64,000 nt of DNA, taken from positions 18,429 through 82,428 of the forward strand of contig JAJZIM010000002.1 of the NCBI GenBank assembly GCA_021810565.1, read 5' to 3'. Below, one piece after another: positions 36,673-46,062 of this stretch; position 1 is the first letter of the stretch, and each line of letters starts with the position of its first letter. This DNA is from Bacillota bacterium (GTDB taxonomy: Bacteria > Bacillota > Sulfobacillia > JAJZIM01). The notes under the pieces were generated by a model. That model was not told the DNA's origin. It did no database searches and was given only the letters and a program-made list of their open reading frames with translations. A program made the translations under genes and the position numbers.

Positions 36673-36947
36673 GCGGCGCCCCCCCCACTAAAGACGTTGC
36701 CGTTGGGCTTGAATCGGCGAACCATGGACAAAGCATACCACGCACCCCCGTATGATAGCAACCCGCAGGTGGCTGTTCCCCAAGGCTGAAGCCCGGGGCT
36801 TGCGCCGCCCTGCTCTTTGGTCATATAGTGCCGCGGATGAATTTTTCCTGCCAGCGTCCCCGGGCCGTCCAGCTTCCGGCAACGCGCCGGCCGGCTCCGG
36901 GAGCTTTCCCGAACCGGCCGGATAGGGGTCAGGAAAACCGTTCCACT

Positions 36948-39524
36948 TTAGGCCGCCTGCAGCACGATCTCCCCGCCCTGGGCGTCCACCCGCACCTTCT
37001 GTCCCTCCTGGAACTCCCCCTTCAGCAGGGCCATGGCCAGCCGGTCCTGGATCTCCCGCTGGATGATCCGCTTCAAAGGCCGCGCCCCGAAAGCCTGATC
37101 GTAGCCGTGCTCCGCCAGCCAGTCCTTGGCCTGATCCGTAAGCTCCAGGGCGATCCCCCGCTCTCCCAGGCGTCGCTCCAGCAGGGCCGCTTGGATGTCG
37201 ATGATCTGCCGCAGGTCGTCTTGGGTGAGGGCCCTAAAGATCACGATCTCGTCGATGCGGTTCAGGAACTCCGGACGGAAGTGGCCGTGCAGCACTTCCA
37301 GCACCCGCTGACGGGTCACCTCGGCGGTGCCGGCACCGAAAAGCTCGCTGCCCAGGTTGGAGGTCATGATCACCACGGTGTTGCGGAAATCCACCGTGCG
37401 CCCCTGCCCGTCGGTCAGGCGTCCGTCGTCCAAGAGCTGCAGCAGGACGTTGAAGACCTCCGGATGGGCCTTCTCGATCTCGTCCAGGAGCACCACCGAG
37501 TAGGGATGGCGGCGCACCGCCTCGGTTAGCTGGCCGCCCTCCTCGTAGCCGACATATCCGGGAGGCGCTCCGATTAGGCGGGCCACCGCGTGGCGCTCCA
37601 TGTACTCGCTCATGTCCAGGCGCACCATGGCCCGCTCGTCGTCGAAGAGAAATTCCGCCAGGGCCCGGGCCAGTTCCGTCTTGCCCACCCCGGTGGGTCC
37701 CAGGAAGATGAAGGACCCGATGGGCCGGTTGGGATCGGAAAGCCCGGTACGGGCCCGCCGCACCGCGTTGGCCACGGCCTCCACGGCCTGGTCCTGGCCC
37801 ACCACCCGCCGGTGCAGCCGTTCCTCCATCCGCACCAGCTTGTCCATCTCTCCCTCCATCAGGCGCGCCACGGGGATGCCGGTCCACTTGGCCACCACCT
37901 GGGCGATGTCCTCGTCGTCCACCTCCTCCTTGATCATGCGCCCCTTGGCCTGCCGCTCCTCCAAGCGCGCCTGCTCCGCGGCCAGCTCCTTGGTCAGGGC
38001 GGGCAGCTCGCCGTAGCGCAGCTGCGCAGCCCGCTCCAAGTCGCCCTGGCGCTCGACCCGCTGCTCCTCGTTGCGGATGTCCTCGATGCGCGCCTTCAAG
38101 GTTTGCAGCCTGACGACCACCGCCTTCTCCGCCTCCCAGCGGGACTTGAGGCCGGCCGCGCGCTCCCGCAGTTCGGACAGTTCCCGCTCCAGCTTGGCCA
38201 GCCGCTCCCGGGCCGCCCCCTCCGACTCCTTGGACAGGGCCTGCCGCTCTATCTCCAGCTGCCGGATGCGCCGCTCCACCTCGTCCACCTCCGCCGGCAC
38301 GGAGTCGATCTCGATCCGCAGCCGGGACGCCGCCTCGTCCACCAGGTCGATGGCCTTGTCCGGCAGGAAGCGGTCGGCGATGTAGCGGTGGGAGAGGACG
38401 GCGGCCGCCACCAGGGCCGAGTCCTTGATGCGCACCCCGTGGTGCACCTCGTATCGCTCTTTTAGTCCCCGCAGGATGGCGATGGTGTCCTCCACGTTGG
38501 GCTCGCCCACGAAGATGGGCTGGAAGCGCCGCTCCAAGGCTGCGTCCTTCTCCACATGCTTGCGGTACTCGTCCAGGGTGGTGGCCCCGATGGCCCGCAA
38601 CTCGCCCCGGGCCAGGGCCGGCTTCATCAGGTTGGCCGCATCCACGGCACCCTCGGCGGCTCCGGCTCCCACCAGGGTGTGCAGTTCGTCGATGAACAGG
38701 ACGATCTTGCCCTCCGCCGCCTGGATCTCCTTCAGCACGGCCTTCAGCCGGTCCTCGAACTCCCCCCGGTACTTGGACCCCGCGATGAGCGCCCCCACGT
38801 CCAGGGCCACCACCCGCTTGTCCTTCAGGCCCTCCGGCACATCCCCGGACACGATGCGCTGGGCCAGCCCTTCGGCGATGGCCGTCTTGCCCACCCCGGG
38901 CTCGCCGATGAGCACCGGGTTGTTCTTGGTGCGCCGGGACAGCACCTGGATCACCCGCCGGATCTCCTCGTCCCGACCGATGACCGGGTCCAGCTTGCCG
39001 CGCTTGGCCTGCGCCGTCAGGTCGCGGCTGTAACGCTCCAAGGCTTGGTACTTGTCCTCGGGGTTCTCGTCGGTCACCCGGTGGCTGCCCCGCACTTCCG
39101 CCAAGGCGCGATAGATGTTCTCGTGGTCCACCCCCGCCTCGCGCAGGATGCGCCGCACCTCCCCGCCGTCCTCGGAGGCCAGGGCCAAGAGCAGGTGCTC
39201 CGTGCTGATGTACTCGTCCCGCAGGGCCTCCGCCTCCCGGCCAGCCCGCTCCAGGACCTTGGCCAGGCGCGGCGAGAGGTACTGGCTCGCCCCGGCCCCC
39301 TGGACCCGCGGCAATCTGCCCACCGCCGCTTCGGCCTGCTCCCGCAACCGTTGCGGCTTGGCCTCCAGCCGCTCCAGCACGGGGGCGACCACCCCCTCCG
39401 GCTGCTCGATCAGGCTCAGCAGCAGGTGCTCCGGCGTGATCTCCTGTTGGCCGTGCTCCGCCGCCCGGCGCTGGGCGTCTTGAAGCGCCTCTTGGGACTT
39501 CACGGTCAAGCGATCCGTGCTCAC
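36948..39524 (-). CDS. clpB: ATP-dependent chaperone ClpB
   Basis: 858 aa: [38 protein letters not shown]..., two AAA+ modules (GEPGVGKT..., GPTGVGKT...). 4-nt overlap with the upstream J-protein gene. Confidence 0.95.
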   Translation of the reverse strand: MSTDRLTVKSQEALQDAQRRAAEHGQQEITPEHLLLSLIEQPEGVVAPVLERLEAKPQRLREQAEAAVGRLPRVQGAGASQYLSPRLAKVLERAGREAEALRDEYISTEHLLLALASEDGGEVRRILREAGVDHENIYRALAEVRGSHRVTDENPEDKYQALERYSRDLTAQAKRGKLDPVIGRDEEIRRVIQVLSRRTKNNPVLIGEPGVGKTAIAEGLAQRIVSGDVPEGLKDKRVVALDVGALIAGSKYRGEFEDRLKAVLKEIQAAEGKIVLFIDELHTLVGAGAAEGAVDAANLMKPALARGELRAIGATTLDEYRKHVEKDAALERRFQPIFVGEPNVEDTIAILRGLKERYEVHHGVRIKDSALVAAAVLSHRYIADRFLPDKAIDLVDEAASRLRIEIDSVPAEVDEVERRIRQLEIERQALSKESEGAARERLAKLERELSELRERAAGLKSRWEAEKAVVVRLQTLKARIEDIRNEEQRVERQGDLERAAQLRYGELPALTKELAAEQARLEERQAKGRMIKEEVDDEDIAQVVAKWTGIPVARLMEGEMDKLVRMEERLHRRVVGQDQAVEAVANAVRRARTGLSDPNRPIGSFIFLGPTGVGKTELARALAEFLFDDERAMVRLDMSEYMERHAVARLIGAPPGYVGYEEGGQLTEAVRRHPYSVVLLDEIEKAHPEVFNVLLQLLDDGRLTDGQGRTVDFRNTVVIMTSNLGSELFGAGTAEVTRQRVLEVLHGHFRPEFLNRIDEIVIFRALTQDDLRQIIDIQAALLERRLGERGIALELTDQAKDWLAEHGYDQAFGARPLKRIIQREIQDRLAMALLKGEFQEGQKVRVDAQGGEIVLQAA

Positions 39525-40405
39525 GACCCGCCACCTCCCGACCGCAATTGGGCCAGCTCCCGGTACAGATCCCGCTCCCGCTCGCTAAGATTGCGGGGCA
39601 CGCTGATGCGCACCCGGACCAGTTGGTCCCCCGATCCGCCCGCCAGGCGCGGCATCCCCAGCCCCCGCAACCGGAACACCCTGCCGTCCTGGGTCTCCGC
39701 CGGCACCTTCATGGCCACGTTGCCCTGCATGCTGGGCACCTGTATCTCGCCGCCCAGCACCGCCGTGGTCACCGGCACCTGGATCTCCGTCTCCAGGTCA
39801 TCCCCCCTCCGGTGGAACCGGTGGTGCGGCTGGATGTGGACGCGCAGCAATAGGTCCCCCATGTGGCCGCCCAGGCCCCGCTGCCCCTGGCCGGCCAGGC
39901 GCAGCTTGGTGCCGTCCCGCACGCCGGGTGGCACCTTCACGTCCACCAGGCGGCTGCGATCACCCTCCTCCAGCCGAAACTGGCGCGTGGTGCCGCGGTA
40001 AGCGTCCTCCAGGCTGATCTCCAGGGTGGCCTCCACGTCGCGGCCGGCCCCGCCCCAGGCCGCAGCCCCCGTCCGGCCCTCAAACCCGGCGCCCTGGCCG
40101 CCGAAAAAGGCCCGAAAGAAGTCCGAGAAGCCGTCGTCCGCCCCGCCCCAGGTGAAATGTGCCTGGCCGAAGCCCGGCTCGCGGCTCTTCTGATCCCAAT
40201 CGCGGCCCAGAAGGTCGTACTTCTGGCGCTTCTCCGGATCCCGCAGCACCTCGTAGGCTTCGTTGATCTCCTTGAACTTCTCCTCGCTGCCGCGGTGGGT
40301 GTCCGGATGGTGCTCCCGCGCCAAGCGGCGAAAGGCCCGCTTGATGTCTTCCTGGGAGGCGTCGCGTGCCACCCCCAGGAGCTTGTAGTAGTCCTTGAAT
40401 TCCAT
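39521..40405 (-). CDS. DnaJ-class J-domain co-chaperone lacking the CxxCxGxG zinc-finger (CbpA-like)
   Basis: [37 protein letters not shown]... (J domain, HPD), 294 aa, with C-terminal client-binding domains but no Cys-rich repeats. Confidence 0.85.
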   Translation of the reverse strand: MEFKDYYKLLGVARDASQEDIKRAFRRLAREHHPDTHRGSEEKFKEINEAYEVLRDPEKRQKYDLLGRDWDQKSREPGFGQAHFTWGGADDGFSDFFRAFFGGQGAGFEGRTGAAAWGGAGRDVEATLEISLEDAYRGTTRQFRLEEGDRSRLVDVKVPPGVRDGTKLRLAGQGQRGLGGHMGDLLLRVHIQPHHRFHRRGDDLETEIQVPVTTAVLGGEIQVPSMQGNVAMKVPAETQDGRVFRLRGLGMPRLAGGSGDQLVRVRISVPRNLSERERDLYRELAQLRSGGGGS

Positions 40406-40493
40406 CGTCTTAGCGCGGCCGTTGGCGCTGGGCCGCCTTCCCTCCTCTCCCCCGGGCCGCCGGCCCCCACTGTTCCCTTGACGAGGAAAGGTC

Positions 40494-41021
40494 CTACGCC
40501 GTCCCGATCGGCGGCGCCGGGCGCACCACCCGCACCCGCGCCGGGCGCAAGAGCTCCCCCTCGTAGGTGTAGCCCTTCTGCAGCTCCTCGCTCACCCGCT
40601 CCGCGTCGGCGTCCAGGCTCTCCCACACCTCCACCGCCTCGTGGCGCGCCGGGTCGAACTCCTGCCCCACGGTCTCCAAGGAGGCCACCCCTTCCGCGGC
40701 CAAAAGCTCCTTCAGCTGCCGGAAGATGATCTCCACTCCCGTCCGCAGAGTCTGAACGTCGCCCCCGGCATTAAGCGCCCGCTCGAAGTTGTCCACAACG
40801 CCCAGGATGCCCAGCAACAGGCGCCGCTTGCCGCGGCGGATGTTTTGCGCCAGATCGCGCTCCACCCGCCGGCGGTAGTTCTCAAAGTCCGCCTGCACCA
40901 GCAGGCTCTGAGCACGGTACTCCTCCGCCTGGCGCCGCCAGCCGTCCGCCTCCTCGCGGAGGGCCTCCAGCCGCTGTTCCTCCCGCTCCTCGGGCAACTC
41001 CCCGTCACCTTTCTCGCTCAC
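40494..41021 (-). CDS. grpE: nucleotide exchange factor GrpE
   Basis: Track ORF 40494..41120 trimmed to a GTG start (V34) with RBS GGGAGGAGG 6 nt upstream: (M)SEKGDGELPEEREEQRLEALREEADGWRRQAEEYRAQSLLVQADFENYRRR... The untrimmed start would overlap hsp20. Confidence 0.85.
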   Translation of the reverse strand: MSEKGDGELPEEREEQRLEALREEADGWRRQAEEYRAQSLLVQADFENYRRRVERDLAQNIRRGKRRLLLGILGVVDNFERALNAGGDVQTLRTGVEIIFRQLKELLAAEGVASLETVGQEFDPARHEAVEVWESLDADAERVSEELQKGYTYEGELLRPARVRVVRPAPPIGTA

Positions 41022-41109
41022 CTTGAACCTCCTCCCGCTCTCAAGATCTAAAGCCGGGGCGAGAGCCCCGCCCCCGCCCCGGCACCCGCTGGGAAAGTGT
41101 TCACGAGCT

Positions 41110-41556
41110 TCAGCTGGCACTTACCTGGATCTTCTTGGGGCGGACCTCCTCGGCCTTGGGCAACTCCAAGTGCAGCACGCCGTCCTTGTAGGTGGCCTTG
41201 ACCGCATCCGCCTTGACCGGGTTGGAGAGGGTGAAGGCTCGGCAGAAGCTGCCCTGCCGGATCTCCCGGCGCAGGTAGTTCTCGCCCTTCTCCTCCTTCT
41301 CCTCCTTGCGCTGTGCCTTGATCACCAACTGGTCGCCCACCAGCTGCACCTCGATGTCCTCCTGCCTCATGCCCGGCAACTCGGCATCGATCACCATGGT
41401 GTCTTCCGTCTCCTGGACGTTCACCGGGAACTCCCAGTCCCCCGCCAGCAGCTCGTCGTCGTGCCAGCGGCGCGGCAGCACCTGTCCGAAAATGCGTCCT
41501 ACGGACCGTTGAAAGTCCTCCATCTCCCGGAAGGGATCCCACCTAACCAGCGCCAT
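41110..41556 (-). CDS. Hsp20/alpha-crystallin family small heat-shock protein
   Basis: MALVRWDPFREMEDF...ELPGMRQEDIEVQLVGDQLVIKAQRK...GSFCRAFTLSNPV... RBS GAAGGAGGTG upstream. Confidence 0.9.
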   Translation of the reverse strand: MALVRWDPFREMEDFQRSVGRIFGQVLPRRWHDDELLAGDWEFPVNVQETEDTMVIDAELPGMRQEDIEVQLVGDQLVIKAQRKEEKEEKGENYLRREIRQGSFCRAFTLSNPVKADAVKATYKDGVLHLELPKAEEVRPKKIQVSAS

Positions 41557-41614
41557 CCCGGGGCACCTCCTTCATCGATCGATCATATCCGGCTATTTCC
41601 CAGCGGGAAACCCC

Positions 41615-43513
41615 TTACTTCTCGTCGGTGGTCTTGAACTCCGCGTCCACCACCGGCTCCTCCCCCGGCGGGGGCGTTGCGGCCTCGGGACCGCCCGCGC
41701 CCTCGGCCCCCTTCTGCTTGTACAGCTCCTCGGCCAGGTGGTGGGAGGCCTGCTGCAACTCCTCGGTCGCCGCCTTGATCGAGTCCGTGTCGCCGCCGGA
41801 GAGCGCCTCCTTCAGCTTGCCCAAGGCGGCCTCCACCTTGGCCCGCTCCTCGGCCGGGAAGCGGTCTCCCACCTCCCGCAGGTTCTTCTCGGTGTTGTAT
41901 GCCAGGCTGTCCGCCTGGTTGCGCGCCTCGACCTCCTCCCGCTTGCGGGCGTCCTCGGCGGCGTGTCCCTCGGCCTCCCTCACCAGCCGCTCCACGTCGT
42001 CGCGGCTCATCTGGGTGGAGGCGGTGATGGTGATCCGCTGCTCCCGCCCCGTGCCGCGGTCCTTCGCCGAGACGTTGACGATGCCGTTGGCATCGATGTC
42101 GAAGGTGACCTCTATCTGGGGCACCCCCCGGGGAGCCGAGGGTATGCCCTCCAAATGGAAGCGCCCCAGCGTGCGGTTGTCCGTCGCCATCTGCCGCTCC
42201 CCCTGGAGCACGTGGATCTCCACGCTGGTCTGGCCGTCGCCGGCGGTGGTGAACACCTCGCTCTTGCGGGTGGGGATGGTGGTGTTGCGGTCGATCAGGC
42301 GGGTCAGCACGCCGCCCAGGGTCTCGATGCCCAGGGAGAGCGGGGTGACATCCAGGAGCACCACGTCCTTGAGCTCTCCCGCCAGCACGCCGCCCTGGAT
42401 GCCCGCACCCACGGCCACCACCTCGTCGGGGTTCACGCCCCGATGGGGCTCCTTGCCCGTGAGCTTGCGCACCAGCTCCTGGATCACGGGCATCCGGGTG
42501 GAGCCGCCCACCAGGATCACCTCGTCGATATCCTTCTCGCTAAGTTTGGCGTCGGCCAGGGCCTGCTTGAAGGGGCCCACGGTGCGCTCGGTTAGGTCCG
42601 CCGTCAGCTCCTCAAACTTGGCGCGGGTCAGCTTGGACTCCAGGTGCTTGGGGCCGGCCTGGTCGGCGGTGATGAAGGGCAGGCTGATGGTGGTCTCCGG
42701 CACCGTGGAAAGTTCCGTCTTGGCCTTCTCCGCAGCTTCGATCAGCCGCTGCAGCGCCTGCCGGTCCTTGCGCAGATCGATGCCCTGCTCCCTCAGGAAC
42801 TCATCGGCCAGGTAGTTGACCACCCGCTGATCGTAGTCGTCGCCCCCCAGGTGGGTATCCCCCGAGGTGGCCTTGACCTCGAAGACCCCCTCGCCCACGT
42901 CCAGAACGGACACGTCGAAGGTGCCGCCGCCCAGGTCCCAGACCAGGATGGTCTCGTTCTTCTTCTTGTCCAGCCCGTAGGCCAGGGAGGCCGCCGTGGG
43001 CTCGTTGATGATCCGCAGCACCTCCAGGCCGGCGATCTTGCCCGCGTCCTTGGTGGCCTGGCGCTGAGCGTCGTTGAAATAGGCCGGGACGGTGATGACC
43101 GCCTGGGTCACCGGCTCGCCCAGATACTTCTCCGCATCCTCCTTCAGCTTGCGCAACACCATGGCCGAGATCTCCTCCGGGGTGAGGGCCTTGCCTCCCG
43201 CCGGCAGGTTGATCCGCACGCCCCCGCCGGGACCCTCCCGCACCTCGTAGGGAACCAGCTTGCGCTCTTGGCTAACCTCCTCGAAGCGCCGTCCGATGAA
43301 GCGCTTCGCCGAGTACACCGTGTTCTCGGGGTTGAGCACCGCCTGCCGGCGGGCCAACTGCCCCACCAGACGCTCCCCGTCCTTACGGAAACCCACCACC
43401 GAGGGGGTCAGCCGACTGCCCTCGGCGTTGACGATCACCGTCGGCTTGCCGCCCTCCAGGACGGCGATGACCGAGTTGGTGGTCCCCAGATCGATCCCCA
43501 CTACCTTGCCCAC
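41615..43513 (-). CDS. dnaK: molecular chaperone DnaK (Hsp70)
   Basis: Track ORF trimmed to a GTG start (V33; RBS AGGAGGG + 6 nt): (M)[31 protein letters not shown]... (compare [14 protein letters not shown]). Confidence 0.95.
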   Translation of the reverse strand: MGKVVGIDLGTTNSVIAVLEGGKPTVIVNAEGSRLTPSVVGFRKDGERLVGQLARRQAVLNPENTVYSAKRFIGRRFEEVSQERKLVPYEVREGPGGGVRINLPAGGKALTPEEISAMVLRKLKEDAEKYLGEPVTQAVITVPAYFNDAQRQATKDAGKIAGLEVLRIINEPTAASLAYGLDKKKNETILVWDLGGGTFDVSVLDVGEGVFEVKATSGDTHLGGDDYDQRVVNYLADEFLREQGIDLRKDRQALQRLIEAAEKAKTELSTVPETTISLPFITADQAGPKHLESKLTRAKFEELTADLTERTVGPFKQALADAKLSEKDIDEVILVGGSTRMPVIQELVRKLTGKEPHRGVNPDEVVAVGAGIQGGVLAGELKDVVLLDVTPLSLGIETLGGVLTRLIDRNTTIPTRKSEVFTTAGDGQTSVEIHVLQGERQMATDNRTLGRFHLEGIPSAPRGVPQIEVTFDIDANGIVNVSAKDRGTGREQRITITASTQMSRDDVERLVREAEGHAAEDARKREEVEARNQADSLAYNTEKNLREVGDRFPAEERAKVEAALGKLKEALSGGDTDSIKAATEELQQASHHLAEELYKQKGAEGAGGPEAATPPPGEEPVVDAEFKTTDEK

Positions 43514-43524
43514 ATCGATCCCTC

Positions 43525-43791
43525 CTACTCGCTGCCCTGTTCGCGCTCCAGGGTCAGGATGATCTTTATCCCCGCCAGGTTCACCTTTTGGTCTTTCAGC
43601 AACACGCAAATCCGGTGCAAGATGATGAGCTCGTTCTGAGAGTAAAGGCGCGTGTTGCTCGACGTCCGGGCGGGGTAGACCAAGCCCTCCCGCTCCAAGG
43701 AGCGCAAGAGTTGGGCCGACACCCCGAGGATCCGCGCGGCCACGCCGATGGTGTAGACCGGCTCGTCTTCCCCATGCATTGCTCCTCTCAT
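43525..43791 (-). CDS. hspR: MerR-family heat-shock repressor HspR
   Basis: ...[70 protein letters not shown]... (HTH_MerR). Start is M12 or M16 of track ORF 43525..43824, since M1 sits on the -10. It is the first gene of the dnaK operon. Confidence 0.8.
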   Translation of the reverse strand: MRGAMHGEDEPVYTIGVAARILGVSAQLLRSLEREGLVYPARTSSNTRLYSQNELIILHRICVLLKDQKVNLAGIKIILTLEREQGSE

Positions 43792-43819
43792 CTTTCCTCC
43801 CACCTCGACTCCCTTGCAG

Positions 43820-43885
43820 GTCATATGCTAGAACATTTGCGGTGTGCTTGTCAAGTGCCTTGATGCGATTCCTTCAAGGTATTTA
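43820..43885 (-). promoter_or_regulatory. putative sigmaA promoter of the hspR-dnaK operon plus HAIR-like inverted repeat
   Basis: Minus strand: TTGACA (plus 43849-43854) - 18 nt - TAGCAT (plus 43825-43830). IR CCTTGA-N10-TCAAGG at 43858-43879 (compare HAIR CTTGAGT-N7-ACTCAAG = CTTGA-N11-TCAAG). A palindrome CTTGTCAAG overlaps the -35. Confidence 0.45.
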
Positions 43886-43951
43886 CTCAGGAAGACGCGG
43901 GCTTAGTTTTACCGCCGGCAGGGCAGGGATATTCCCGCGGCGCGGTCCGCG

Positions 43952-43980
43952 TTGACATCCCCGTCCCGGCGCGCTATACT
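43952..43980 (+). promoter_or_regulatory. sigmaA-type promoter for tRNA-Ser
   Basis: TTGACA (43952-43957) - 17 nt - TATACT (43975-43980), 12 nt before the tRNA 5' end. Confidence 0.6.
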
Positions 43981-43992
43981 CGAGAGTGCTTC

Positions 43993-44085
43993 GGAGGGGT
44001 ACCCAAGCGGCCGAAGGGGCGGGTTTGCTAAACCTGTAGTAGGGTTTTGGCTCTAGCGAGGGTTCGAATCCCTCCCCCTCCGCCA
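43993..44085 (+). tRNA. tRNA-Ser (anticodon GCT), class II with long variable arm, encoded CCA
   Basis: GGAGGGGTACCCAAGCGGCCGAAGGGGCGGGTTTGCTAAACC...GGGTTCGAATCCCTCCCCCTCCGCCA. Acceptor stem GGAGGGG/CCCCTCC, anticodon loop TTGCTAA, T-arm GGTTCGAATCC. Confidence 0.9.
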
Positions 44086-44102
44086 TCCAAATCTGCGGAA
44101 GC

Positions 44103-44130
44103 CGACCAGCCGGTCGGTTTCTTTCATTGA
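44103..44130 (+). terminator. rho-independent terminator after tRNA-Ser
   Basis: CCGACCAGCCGGTCGG hairpin followed by TTTCTTTC. Confidence 0.6.
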
Positions 44131-44388
44131 GGATACGGTCCTCCTCGCCGCGCTCCCCGCGGCAGGGCTCGCCCAAAGCCCGCCAGCCGAGTCGTCGTTG
44201 TCCCTCTCGCGGGTGCTCGGCGGAAAGCTTCCCCGCCCGCAGGTTCCGCGGCCGTCAGCCGGCACCCGCCGGTGGACGGGAGGAGCGCCCCCTCGGCCTT
44301 TGAGCCGCCGCCGCAACCGCTCCCGGATTCCCGCCGGGCGCCCACCTCGGAGCATAAGCAGTCCCCCCGGTGATGCCGAGGGGAGCCG

Positions 44389-44880
44389 TCATCGCTCCGT
44401 TTGCGCCAGGGCCTCGTCCAGGAAGCGCCCAAAATCCGCCAACTCGGTTCGTACCAACGTCATCGTGTCATTCACCGTCAGCACCAGTCGTTCCATGTGC
44501 TCCCAGTTCAGGGGGCGTCGGTATATCCTGTACACCACGTGGCGGAAACTGCGCAACTCGTCAAGTTTGTCGTAGGTGGCCTCGGAGATGACCGCTGGCC
44601 GTTCCGGAGTCTTGGACGCGGCCAGCCGGAGCAAGCCCGTGTGCCAACTGGGACCCTGGGGCTTATACTCATCGAACACGCTCACGATGTGCTCCAACAC
44701 GTCCTCTACCGCCGTGTAGAAGCGCGCTATGTTGAGAGCCACCGCCAAGACCAGTTCTATCTGTGGATCGGCCGAAGCCACCCGTGCGCTCATCTCTTCG
44801 ATGGCCTGGTGCAGTTCCCCGGCAACTCTCAGGATGAAGTCCATTTCGGCTAGGAGTTCACGCAACTGTCCCTTGCTCAA
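44389..44880 (-). CDS. HEPN-type (HepT/NTase-substrate-binding-like) putative toxin, partner of the upstream MNT
   Basis: Track ORF 44389..45237 trimmed to a TTG start whose TTG overlaps the MNT TGA (cTTTGAgc). 163 aa, all-helical: (M)SKGQLRELLAEMDFILRVAGELHQAIEEM...DELRSFRHVVYRIY... The RxxxH motif is not a perfect Rx4-6H. Confidence 0.5.
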   Translation of the reverse strand: MSKGQLRELLAEMDFILRVAGELHQAIEEMSARVASADPQIELVLAVALNIARFYTAVEDVLEHIVSVFDEYKPQGPSWHTGLLRLAASKTPERPAVISEATYDKLDELRSFRHVVYRIYRRPLNWEHMERLVLTVNDTMTLVRTELADFGRFLDEALAQTER

Positions 44881-45278
44881 AGCAGCCGCACCCCCTGCCT
44901 TAGGAACCGTTGCAGCAACCGATCGTCCAACTCCTCCCAAGGGATGAGGTCCACGGCGAACTCGCCCTCGGTTAGGCGTTCCGCCACCGCTCCGGCGCGA
45001 TAATACGCGTCCGGGGACAACCCATGCACCAACAGGTCTATGTCCGTAGACGGATACACGGGGCTGTCCGGCCGCGCCAGGGAGCCCACCAGAAGCACTT
45101 GATCCACCGAGAAATCCGCCGCCAGGGAGGCGGCGATGGACCCGGCCACAGCTACGCCCCGCTCCCGCCGGGCCCGCATCCACCGCTCCCATTGCTTGAT
45201 CCGACGCGCGGCGTTTTCCACTTGCTCTTGGGTCCACATCGCGGCATCACCTGGCTTCATTATACCAGAGCGCGGCAT
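44877..45278 (-). CDS. minimal nucleotidyltransferase (MNT/MntA-like) putative antitoxin
   Basis: ...VAGSIAASLAADFSVDQVLLVGSLARPDSPVYPSTDIDLLVHGLSPDAY... (GS...D.D NTase fold motif), 133 aa. Confidence 0.65.
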   Translation of the reverse strand: MPRSGIMKPGDAAMWTQEQVENAARRIKQWERWMRARRERGVAVAGSIAASLAADFSVDQVLLVGSLARPDSPVYPSTDIDLLVHGLSPDAYYRAGAVAERLTEGEFAVDLIPWEELDDRLLQRFLRQGVRLL

Positions 45279-45304
45279 CGAGAGCCAGTTGGTCCCATGC
45301 TTTG

Positions 45305-45665
45305 GTCACCTCGCACCGCCGCAAGTCCCCGGTAGGGCAGACCGCTCCAAATCAGCCTCTAAGCGGCGAACGTCCGGATAGCCCGCCAAACCCCGGCGGG
45401 CCTGCTCCAACCTGACGGGCGAGGCATCGACGAAGTCCCCAAAAGCCGCTGGATACAGACGCAGCAACACCTCCCCCGTTACCCCGTCCCCGCAACCCGG
45501 ACCCAGGATCCGCTGCGGCGGACGCCCGAGTCGGAGCGCAGTTCCCGCACCACCTCCAGCCGCTCGCCGACGAGCGGCATGCCGCCGCGGAGGCGCTGAA
45601 AGGCCCGAACCGTCTCGGAGTTCCTCCAGCCGCTATGCGTCCGATCCGCCCCTCCAGGTTCCACG
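45305..45665 (-). pseudogene. frameshifted and truncated fragment of a class I SAM-dependent methyltransferase
   Basis: Frame 1 (track ORF 45479..45664): MPLVGERLEVVRELRSDSGVR. After a frameshift, frame 3 gives RILGPGCGDGVTGEVLLRLYPAAFGDFVDASPVRLEQARRGLAGYPDVRRLEADLERSALP*. Only ~120 aa remain. It resembles the N-terminus of the intact MTase at 61874..62533. Confidence 0.5.
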
Positions 45666-46058
45666 CCGGCGCACCGTGGCCGCGAACATCAGGTTCAGGA
45701 TGGCCATGAGCAGGTTCAAGGCCAAGTCGTGCGGCTCTTTGAACCCCAAGGTCAGGAGAAAGATCAGGTTCAGCGCAAATAAAAGCAGCGCGGCCGGCCG
45801 TAGGAGCCACCCCGCCGCGAGGGCCAACCCGCCCGATAGCTCCAGGGCCGCCAACACCCAGCCGAAGAGGACGGCGTGGGGCAGGATGAAATGTCTGATC
45901 ACCGGCGCCAGAGGGGTGGTGGGCAGGGCGGGCACCACGCGGGGAAAAAGCCAGACCGCGGGACCGTTCAGGACCTTGAACAGCCCGCGCCAGACGAAAT
46001 AGCCGCCGTCCACCACCCGCAGCAGTTGCAGCCACCCGTCAGGAGGTCGCGCGTTCAT
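45633..46058 (-). CDS. DoxX-family membrane protein
   Basis: Track ORF trimmed to M92: MNARPPDGWLQLLRVVDGGYFVWRGLFKVLNG...FGWVLAALELSGGLALAAGWLLRPAALLL..., 141 aa, 4 TM segments. Confidence 0.65.
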   Translation of the reverse strand: MNARPPDGWLQLLRVVDGGYFVWRGLFKVLNGPAVWLFPRVVPALPTTPLAPVIRHFILPHAVLFGWVLAALELSGGLALAAGWLLRPAALLLFALNLIFLLTLGFKEPHDLALNLLMAILNLMFAATVRRRGTWRGGSDA

Positions 46059-46062
46059 CCCC

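Noticed and set aside
41043-41109. GC-rich hairpin GCCGGGGCG...CGCCCCGGC between hsp20 and grpE as an internal terminator
   Set aside because: No convincing U-tract follows it, and it overlaps the grpE RBS region. More likely an mRNA-processing or attenuating structure, if functional at all.
43883-44176. 97-aa minus-strand ORF
   Set aside because: Completely overlaps tRNA-Ser and its terminator. Non-coding.
45352-46035. 227-aa minus-strand ORF upstream of MNT
   Set aside because: Gly/Ala/Arg low-complexity sequence. The only meaningful signal in this stretch is the frameshifted MTase fragment in other frames plus the doxX gene.
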